Origin: an uncultured bacterium
GTDB taxonomy: Bacteria > AUK180
Length of the DNA stretch: 38,075 nt
Direction of reading: 5' to 3'
Assembly (NCBI GenBank): GCA_937863565.1
Contig: CALMGJ010000026.1
Location: 1 to 38,075 of the forward strand
Positions 9,095 to 16,556 of the stretch are shown piece by piece. Position 1 is the first letter of the stretch. Each line of letters starts with the position of its first letter. The notes under the pieces are model-generated. The model was not told the DNA's origin, searched no databases, and saw only the letters and a program-made list of their open reading frames with translations. A program made the position numbers and the translations under genes.

Positions 9095-11216
9095 AGAAAA
9101 CTGGAAAAAATACTATATCAACGAAAAGCTCTCCCAAACGCTTTCTCTGAATTACGCCACCGAAAGCGATATTGTGGATTATTACCTCAGAAGGGGAAAG
9201 GAGGGCTTTCTGCCATTTCTCGACAGGGACTTTCCGCTTTTTTTCGAATACCAGAGCGTTAAAAATATAAATAAAGCCGCGGTCTTTATAGACAATCATT
9301 TCTCGAATAATGAAAAGACCCTTGTCATCTACGATAAAGATCTAGACGGATACGGGGCGCAGAGAATATTCGAGATACTCAATGAGGAGTATTACCGCAA
9401 CGGGAACGTTACCGCCAAGGAATTCTGGAACAATATCCCTATTTTTTCCGAGGATGACGCGAAGCAGGTCCTGAGCGAGGAGTATGAAACGGTCATCTTC
9501 CTTGACATGGGCCAGAATTCCACGGAAGGCCTGAGCTGTCTTGTAAGACAAGGGAAGAACGTTCTGGTCATAGACCATCATCTGCAGGATTTCTATGCCG
9601 TGCCGAAGGTTATCTACCTCACTCCTAATTTCTGCAAAGAGGGTTATCCCTCGGCGGCAGGACTCGTTTATCTTCTGCGCAGACAGGTCGAGCGGCGGCG
9701 TCTGGAGGACTTCAAAAAGACATATGTGATCCTGGACATAGAGACGACCGGGCTAGATCCTTCAAGCGACGACATCATCGAGATCGCCGCGGTGAAGATA
9801 GAGGGCGGGGAGATATGCCAGCGTTTTGAAGCGCTTTTAAAAACAGATAAGGAGCTTCCTAAGGAGATCAGCGCGATCACCGGGATCACGCGGCAGGCGA
9901 TCGACGAAGAGGGAAAGAACCCGGAATCGATGATCAGACTTTTGCGGTATTTCATCGGCGAATCCGAAGTGGTTGCGCATAATCCGTCCTTCGACCTCAA
10001 TTTTCTCAACGCACATTTCAAAAGATACAAGATCGTGCCGGTGGATCTAAATAGGGCCGTTGATACGGTAGAACTTTCCCGCAAGTTCGTAAAAGGACTG
10101 CTTTCGTATTCCCTCGAAAGCGTTGTGAAGAATCTTTTCCTTTACGAGGGGAAGTTCCACAGGGCTTTTCTTGATGTTGAAGCGACATACCGCCTCTTTT
10201 TGGAACTTTTGAAGAAAAAGAACAATATGCGCACATTCGTGCGGGACGAAGCCCTTCTCATCTATTATGTAACGACATTCTCAGACCGTATGATAATGGA
10301 CGGCGTTAACTATTTCTTTCTGAAGAAGATCGATAATTTCATCTGTTTCCCTGATGTCGTGAAGGATACCAGCTATTCGGGCAATCTTATAAATACTTAC
10401 TATATGTTCGACAAGCTCGTGGCCATCCTGAATTCCAAATACAGGGAGAATGAGACGGAACAGATCGATGCCTTTTTCCGCAGCAAGGAACTGAATATCT
10501 TCGCCAGAAGAGGAGAACCCGCGGCAGATTCCTCAAAGGTGCTCACCAATGCGCGTGAATTGAACCCGAATGGCAGGGTCAGGGTCTTTATCATCGAGAA
10601 GAAATTCCTCGACAGGAAGGGGGCTGTGGCGGCGCAACTTTCGAAGAACACGGAAGCGCCCTCGGTCATCCTGGTTCAGGACAGTCCTCTTTACGGTTCC
10701 GCCCGCTTCCTCGAATCCGATATTCTCAAGTTCTTCAAGCAGAACGAGGACCTCTTCATAACCTTTGGCGGGCACGGAAAGGCGGTTGGATTCACTATTG
10801 AGAATTTCAAGGTTCCCGAGTTCATAGAAAAATTCGAGATCTGGTTCAGCATCTATGACAAAAGCCATGAACCGCAGAACATCTACTTCGACGAAAAACT
10901 CCCTCTTGAAGAAGTATCGGAGAACATTAAAAGACTTGTGAAAATGTGCGGGCCTTACGGCGGTCCTTTCACTCCGCCCACTTACTATGATTTCCCCGTT
11001 CGGATCACCAATATAAGACGTTACGGCGGACAGGGGAAATCGCTTTTTCTGGAATTGGAGAAAGCGGGGGCCGTATTTTACGGGATCTCGCCGTTCAACG
11101 GCAAATACGGTCCGAAATTGAAAACGGACGGGATATATAAGATATTGTACACCCCCATGCTGAAAAAATATCAGGATAGGGATATCGTCCACATTTACGA
11201 TCTGGCGGAAATATAA
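9081..11216 (+). CDS. recJ: RecJ-like ssDNA exonuclease (DHH + DHHA1) with an inserted DnaQ-like DEDDh 3'-5' exonuclease domain
   Basis: DHH-family motifs YDKDLDG, LDMG, IDHH (9573-9581), SAAG.VY; insert LDIETTG..IIEIAAV..VAHN..FD..FL..DT..HRA..D (about 9720-10210); then RecJ-like T.SD, GAVAAQL, GSAR, FGGH..AVG. ATG 9081 preferred over GTG 9024. Confidence 0.75.
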   Translation: MFYSKENWKKYYINEKLSQTLSLNYATESDIVDYYLRRGKEGFLPFLDRDFPLFFEYQSVKNINKAAVFIDNHFSNNEKTLVIYDKDLDGYGAQRIFEILNEEYYRNGNVTAKEFWNNIPIFSEDDAKQVLSEEYETVIFLDMGQNSTEGLSCLVRQGKNVLVIDHHLQDFYAVPKVIYLTPNFCKEGYPSAAGLVYLLRRQVERRRLEDFKKTYVILDIETTGLDPSSDDIIEIAAVKIEGGEICQRFEALLKTDKELPKEISAITGITRQAIDEEGKNPESMIRLLRYFIGESEVVAHNPSFDLNFLNAHFKRYKIVPVDLNRAVDTVELSRKFVKGLLSYSLESVVKNLFLYEGKFHRAFLDVEATYRLFLELLKKKNNMRTFVRDEALLIYYVTTFSDRMIMDGVNYFFLKKIDNFICFPDVVKDTSYSGNLINTYYMFDKLVAILNSKYRENETEQIDAFFRSKELNIFARRGEPAADSSKVLTNARELNPNGRVRVFIIEKKFLDRKGAVAAQLSKNTEAPSVILVQDSPLYGSARFLESDILKFFKQNEDLFITFGGHGKAVGFTIENFKVPEFIEKFEIWFSIYDKSHEPQNIYFDEKLPLEEVSENIKRLVKMCGPYGGPFTPPTYYDFPVRITNIRRYGGQGKSLFLELEKAGAVFYGISPFNGKYGPKLKTDGIYKILYTPMLKKYQDRDIVHIYDLAEI

Positions 11217-11219
11217 GAA

Positions 11220-14200
11220 TTGAAGGATTTTTTTTATTCTCTTGAGAGCTTTAACGAATTCTTCCGGGTTTTCTGCAGAAAGGGAGGCCATACCTGCAAG
11301 ATATCGTCCGACTTGAACGTCGTCAATCTTCTTTATTCATACCTTTCATTCCGGAAATCAGGATATAATACTTTCTTTTTCACATTCTCCCCTATAGACG
11401 CCGAACGGGCGGCCGCTTTCCTTGATTCCTGTTTTCCTCAAGAAAACGGGGTCATCCATGTATATCCCGATGAAGACGGGCCCGCCCTGGACAGGCTTTA
11501 CGGAATCTATGCCGCCGGTGCGCCCTCTTTCATCATCGCTCCGTTCGAATTCGCTTTTTCATATATCCCTGATAAAAAGGAGCTTTTCAGCAATGTTCTT
11601 TCCCTGAAAAAGGGCGTGAGCACGGGAAGCGGGCTCGGTGATTTTCTTACCGAGAACGGATACATTAGAAATGCCGCCGTATGGGAACAGGGGGAGTTCT
11701 CTTCAAGGGGGGATATTACAGACATATTTCCTTTCGGCGCCGATTATCCCGTGAGGATCGAGCTCTTCGGGGATTCGATCGAGGCCATCTATACTTTTGA
11801 TCCCGCCAAACAGGAAAAATTGGACGATATGGACGGACTTTTTCTTATGCCCCGGAGCAAACAGCTCAAAAGAACGAAAAGGCTGATGCAGATCGCGGGA
11901 AAGAACGACTGTATCGTTTTGAACAATATCGAACTCATCCTGGAGCGTATGAATTTTCTTTTCCGGCAGAAAGCGGTGGGACGCATCGAAGAACCTGTGG
12001 AGCAGTTCGAGACGATCACTGCAAAGAGGAATCTCATTAAGATCTACAAGGTTATGGCCTCCGCGGATTTCGAACTTGAGATCAGCTCTTTCGGGTTCAC
12101 GAATTTTTCGAATAACATAGAACTCTTCGCCAGGAACTTCGAAAGCTGGATAGCGGATAATTACAGGATCGTCTTTTTCGTCAGGAACGACGAGCGAATA
12201 GCGGCGCTTGAAAAGATCCTTTTCGAGTTCGATTCTTTTCTGAAGCACCGGAAATCGGTCACCTTCCTGCGCGGCGATTTCGAGAAGGGCTTCATCCTCC
12301 TTAACGACAGGATCGTTGCTATTTCGGAAAGAGATATCCTCGAAATAAAAAAGAAAGGCATACTGGACAGCGGCATCAGGCAGAGCATAGACGAAGAACT
12401 GAAGAACATTTCACCCGGGGAATATGTCGTTCACGAAGATTACGGCATAGGCCGGTTCGCCGGCATCGTTACAAAAGGCATCGCGGGCTCTTTCGGAGAT
12501 TTTTTCGCCGTAGAGTACAGGAATGCGGAAAAACTCCTCCTTCCAGTCGGACGCATCTATAAGATCCATAAGTATATATCGGGAGGCGTATCAAAACCCG
12601 AACTGGACACCCTGAGAGGGGATTCCTGGGATAAGAAAAAGAGATCTACTGTAAAAAGCCTTGAGAAGATGCTCGTGGAGGTCGCCCGTCTTTACGCCGA
12701 AAGAGAGATCATGAAAAGCTTCCCCTTTCCCGGGGATGACGAAATGCAGAAGGCCTTCGAGGACGATTTCGCGTTCGAAGAGACGGAAGACCAGAGAAAG
12801 GTCACCGAAGAGATCAAAAAAGATATGCGCTCCGAGAAACCGATGGACAGACTTCTTGTGGGAGATGTGGGGTTCGGCAAGACCGAGATCGCGATGCGCG
12901 CCGTATTCAAGGCGGTTTATCACGGAAAACAGGCTGCAGTGCTGGTCCCTACGACAGTACTCGCCGAACAGCATTTTATAACCTTCAAGGAACGCTTCGA
13001 GAGATACGGCATCATGACGGTTATGCTTTCCAGGATAACGCCGAAGGAAGAACTGAAGCGGATTATCGATGATATTTCAAAGGGCAGAGCGGGCATAGTG
13101 ATCGGGACTCACAGGATATTTTCCAAGGACATTTCCTTCAAAGATCTCGGGCTTCTGGTGATCGACGAGGAACAGCGCTTCGGTGTGAAGGCAAAAGAGA
13201 GGATCAGGCTTGTAAAGAAGAACGTTCATACGCTGACGATGAGCGCCACCCCGATCCCGCGCACGCTCTATTTCTCTCTATCCCAGATCAGACCGCTTTC
13301 GCTGATCGAGACCGCACCCCCGGGCCGGATGCCGATAAAGACCTTTGTAAGTATATTCAATAAGGAAATGCTCCGGGCCGCGATACTCGAGGAGGTCAAG
13401 CGCGGAGGGCAGGTATTCTTCATCCATAACCGGATCGATGAACTTGAAGAGGTGGGTTCAATGCTCTCGGAAATGCTTCCCGGGATAAGGATCGCCTCCA
13501 TGCACGGAAGGAAGGATCCGCGAGAGATCGAGGAGACGATGACCGGATTCCAGGAGGGCCTTTACGATATCCTGGTTTCAACCACGATCATAGAGATAGG
13601 GATCGATCTTCCGAACGTGAACACGATCATAATCAATAACGGTGAGAATTTCGGCCTGGCGCAGTTGTACCAGCTGCGGGGAAGGGTAGGCAGATCCTAC
13701 CGGCAGGCTTATGCGTATATTTTTGTTTCCTCTCTGGATAAGATGAATCCCGATGCCGTAAAGAGGCTTTCAGCGATAAAGGAGCATCAGATGCTCGGTT
13801 CCGGGTACGAACTTGCCGTGAAGGATATGGAAATACGGGGGATCGGAGACCTTTTCGGAGCAAGACAATCCGGTAATATGTCCTGCATCGGCCTCGGTAT
13901 GTACATGAAAATACTCAATACACTTGTGGAGAAGATCAAAAAGAACGAAAAAATGCTTGAGGAGATCGATGTGGATATCGGCATTATGCCATATATCCCG
14001 AAAGAGGTCGTCCGGTATGAGGCAGAAAGGCAGCGCATCTATCTTGATATAATAAATGCGGGGGACGAGGATAGTTTAAATTCAATAAGGGAGAGAATGT
14101 CCCGTGTTTATAGTCCGATGCCGGACGCCCTTATCACTCTTTTCGATTACCAGTGGATCAGAATAAAGGGGATCGGCGCGGGAATAAACAAGATCGTGCT

Positions 14201-14375
14201 GAAGAACAATGCGCTTTATTTCAGGTCCGAAAAGAACGCCGAGATCATCCATACCGTTCTGAAAAAGCAGTATCAGCTTGATATTTCGATCAAGGGGCCC
14301 GTTGTAAGCATGAGCATCACTGAAGAGAATATCATTGAGAAAGTAAAAAATATATTGAAAAATTTGCCTTTATGA
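11220..14375 (+). CDS. mfd: Transcription-repair coupling factor
   Basis: GEFSSRGDITDIF (UvrB-homology), GEYVVHEDYGIGRF (RID), GDVGFGKTE, DEEQRFG, SATPIPRTL, QLRGRVGR, DMEIRG.GDLFG..QSG; TTG start. Confidence 0.95.
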   Translation: MKDFFYSLESFNEFFRVFCRKGGHTCKISSDLNVVNLLYSYLSFRKSGYNTFFFTFSPIDAERAAAFLDSCFPQENGVIHVYPDEDGPALDRLYGIYAAGAPSFIIAPFEFAFSYIPDKKELFSNVLSLKKGVSTGSGLGDFLTENGYIRNAAVWEQGEFSSRGDITDIFPFGADYPVRIELFGDSIEAIYTFDPAKQEKLDDMDGLFLMPRSKQLKRTKRLMQIAGKNDCIVLNNIELILERMNFLFRQKAVGRIEEPVEQFETITAKRNLIKIYKVMASADFELEISSFGFTNFSNNIELFARNFESWIADNYRIVFFVRNDERIAALEKILFEFDSFLKHRKSVTFLRGDFEKGFILLNDRIVAISERDILEIKKKGILDSGIRQSIDEELKNISPGEYVVHEDYGIGRFAGIVTKGIAGSFGDFFAVEYRNAEKLLLPVGRIYKIHKYISGGVSKPELDTLRGDSWDKKKRSTVKSLEKMLVEVARLYAEREIMKSFPFPGDDEMQKAFEDDFAFEETEDQRKVTEEIKKDMRSEKPMDRLLVGDVGFGKTEIAMRAVFKAVYHGKQAAVLVPTTVLAEQHFITFKERFERYGIMTVMLSRITPKEELKRIIDDISKGRAGIVIGTHRIFSKDISFKDLGLLVIDEEQRFGVKAKERIRLVKKNVHTLTMSATPIPRTLYFSLSQIRPLSLIETAPPGRMPIKTFVSIFNKEMLRAAILEEVKRGGQVFFIHNRIDELEEVGSMLSEMLPGIRIASMHGRKDPREIEETMTGFQEGLYDILVSTTIIEIGIDLPNVNTIIINNGENFGLAQLYQLRGRVGRSYRQAYAYIFVSSLDKMNPDAVKRLSAIKEHQMLGSGYELAVKDMEIRGIGDLFGARQSGNMSCIGLGMYMKILNTLVEKIKKNEKMLEEIDVDIGIMPYIPKEVVRYEAERQRIYLDIINAGDEDSLNSIRERMSRVYSPMPDALITLFDYQWIRIKGIGAGINKIVLKNNALYFRSEKNAEIIHTVLKKQYQLDISIKGPVVSMSITEENIIEKVKNILKNLPL

Positions 14376-14383
14376 CATATAAT
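14355..14383 (+). promoter_or_regulatory. Putative internal sigma70 promoter inside the mfd 3' end
   Basis: TTGAAA (14355-14360), exactly 17 nt, TATAAT (14378-14383). ATG at 14390 falls at the expected +1. Confidence 0.6.
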
Positions 14384-14389
14384 TATAGT

Positions 14390-15283
14390 ATGAATAAAAT
14401 TCTTCTTCCGCTGGCCGTATTGTTGGTCATGGTGGCCTGTGCTCGACCCGGTAAAGGGAAGATCGATGCGAATGAAGAGGTCATTGCTTCCTTCGGGAAC
14501 GAGAGGATCACGGCCTCAGAACTCGATGCCCTGCTTTTCGCTTTTCCCGATATCAAACAAAGAGTGCTCATGAACAGAAAAAATGCTGACCAGTTCCTCC
14601 GCAGCTATCTTGAGACCCTGGCGCTTTTCGCAAGCATCAGAAAGGAGCTTGAAGCACTGCCCGACCAGGATAAATACAGCTATTCGATGGAAAAATACAG
14701 CGAATTCGGGCTGAAGGGCCGCATGATCGAATTTTTCGTTGAACACATGCGCAATGAGAAGGATTCGGACCGTGATGCGCTTATGGAGTTTTACAAAAAG
14801 AACAAGTACCTTTTTGAGACAGTATCCTTTTACTCTATCTGCCTTCCCTATAAGAATGCGGCCGAAAAGCAGGCAAAGCAAGGTCTTGCGGAATTCATCA
14901 TGAAGAGCATCCGGAACGGTGAACGCTTCGAAACGCTTTTTACAAAATACAATGAGCTCCAAAGCAATCTTCTTTTTTATGACGGCGTGAAAAAGGCCGA
15001 TTTCGGTTTTATGAGGGACGATGAGGTCAAGGCCGGCACAGTGACCCTTTATGATTTTGAAAACCGCCTGTACATCATCTATCTCGCTTCTTATAAAGGC
15101 TTCGACGAGAACTACGACGCGATCCTCTATAAATATTCCCTTGAGCATTACAATGATGATCTGAAAGCCTTAAAGGAGAAGAAATTCAAAGATACGGAGT
15201 TCATATCCAATTCCTCCATTCTCTTCCGCAACAGAAAAGAGGTTTACCCGGAGGGGGGAACGCACCTCAAATGGAAAGAGTGA
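14390..15283 (+). CDS. Divergent PrsA/SurA-like (parvulin-type) foldase lipoprotein
   Basis: Lipobox LVMVAC; VIASFGNERITASEL N-domain, FYKKNK.LF, and AE.I...IRNGERFETL parvulin-like helix; sits directly after mfd. Alternative start 14372. Confidence 0.6.
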   Translation: MNKILLPLAVLLVMVACARPGKGKIDANEEVIASFGNERITASELDALLFAFPDIKQRVLMNRKNADQFLRSYLETLALFASIRKELEALPDQDKYSYSMEKYSEFGLKGRMIEFFVEHMRNEKDSDRDALMEFYKKNKYLFETVSFYSICLPYKNAAEKQAKQGLAEFIMKSIRNGERFETLFTKYNELQSNLLFYDGVKKADFGFMRDDEVKAGTVTLYDFENRLYIIYLASYKGFDENYDAILYKYSLEHYNDDLKALKEKKFKDTEFISNSSILFRNRKEVYPEGGTHLKWKE

Positions 15284-16131
15284 AACGGGCAGCGCTTTTC
15301 GGCATTCTCCTTTTTACCATATCCTGCAGTAAAACGAGGGATCCGCAGAAGAGTCTGGTCATTGCGAAAATAGACGGACGCAAGATATATGAAAGCGATC
15401 TTCTGGATTATTATTCGGACAGCGATCTCAAAACAGCGGCGCCGAATGTAAAAAGAAAGCTTTTACTCAACATGATAATGGATATTGTTGTATCCGATGA
15501 GATAAAGAACGTCAAGATCGATGACGAGGAATTCCGGGATATCATCAGTAATATTTCCGGAGGCAATTATTCCGAAGCCCTTCTTGAAACGGTGCGAAAG
15601 GTGATCATGCTTAAAAGATACCTCAAAGAAACATCGGATATACGCGTTTCAGATGAGGAGATCGCCGACTACTACAAAAAGAACGAGAGTGGTTTCATTA
15701 CCAAGGAAGCGGTTCTGGTGTATCAGCTTTTCTTCAAAGACCGCGCAACGGCCGAGAAAGTAATAAGGTCCATCAAAGGGGATGTTAATAGATTCAAAGA
15801 ACTATCCCTTGTGCATAACGAGGAACCTTATAAATCTAAAAACGGGCTTCTCGGATGGGTTGAACACGGAGACCTGCCGTTCGAGCTTGAAGAGGCTGTT
15901 TTTTCCGTTAAGGAAGGCCAGTTCACAAAACTCGTCCCGAGCGAGTACGGATTCCACTATTTCTATATCGAGAAAAAAATAGGAAGTTCCGCAAAGACCC
16001 TTGAGGAGGCCAGCGACAATATCCGCCGCGAGCTGTTCGAGGAGAAGCTGAATGAACGGTACGATGCGCTTGTGAAAAAACTTCTTGAAACAAAGCATAT
16101 TTCGATCAATGAGGTTTATATCTACAGATGA
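15271..16131 (+). CDS. PrsA-like peptidyl-prolyl cis-trans isomerase lipoprotein (PpiC/parvulin)
   Basis: Lipobox FTISC; VIAKIDGRKI, VSDEEIADYY, NGLLGWV..GDL..ELEEAVF.VKEGQ....V.SEYGFH. Confidence 0.85.
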   Translation: MERVKRAALFGILLFTISCSKTRDPQKSLVIAKIDGRKIYESDLLDYYSDSDLKTAAPNVKRKLLLNMIMDIVVSDEIKNVKIDDEEFRDIISNISGGNYSEALLETVRKVIMLKRYLKETSDIRVSDEEIADYYKKNESGFITKEAVLVYQLFFKDRATAEKVIRSIKGDVNRFKELSLVHNEEPYKSKNGLLGWVEHGDLPFELEEAVFSVKEGQFTKLVPSEYGFHYFYIEKKIGSSAKTLEEASDNIRRELFEEKLNERYDALVKKLLETKHISINEVYIYR

Positions 16132-16553
16132 AATTGGCCGCGAAATGCCTTATTGCCGACTTCCCGCATAAATGTAAATACTGCTCTTTTGTGCCTTCTC
16201 TTAAGAACGATTATCAGAAAAGACTGCTTATTCCGTTCTGCTTCAAGGAGTATTCGTATTCCAGCGATGAGATGTTCCTTTTCAATGAGGAGATCGTCGG
16301 CGGCGACGGGAATGATGTTCTTTCGGGGAAGGCCAGGGTGCTCTTCGAGAACGGGATCGATGTTTCTTCAATGATAAAGGACGGTTTGCAGAAGATCATC
16401 CGTCTTATGGATTCCATGGAAGTTTACGATATCATTCTTCCTGCGAATAATACTCTTTGCGGCACAACTTTCATAGCGGATGGCACTTTTTCCGGCGGAT
16501 ATATCCGCGGTGACAGCATTATGACCGCGTACTTAAAAAAATATAGGAGCTGA
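16128..16553 (+). CDS. Divergent DUF523 (YbbK/TudS, 2-thiouracil desulfidase-like) protein
   Basis: EIVGGDGNDVLSGKARV...GIDVS and CG...IADGTFSG...G.S.MTAYL match DUF523 hallmarks; Cys kept in AKCL, PFCFKE and TLCG. Confidence 0.7.
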   Translation: MKLAAKCLIADFPHKCKYCSFVPSLKNDYQKRLLIPFCFKEYSYSSDEMFLFNEEIVGGDGNDVLSGKARVLFENGIDVSSMIKDGLQKIIRLMDSMEVYDIILPANNTLCGTTFIADGTFSGGYIRGDSIMTAYLKKYRS

Positions 16554-16556
16554 CAT

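Noticed and set aside
10533-11291. 252 aa minus-strand ORF, and similar antisense ORFs (7488-8195, 14516-15148, 26832-27392)
   Set aside because: They lie opposite recognisable genes and show typical shadow composition.
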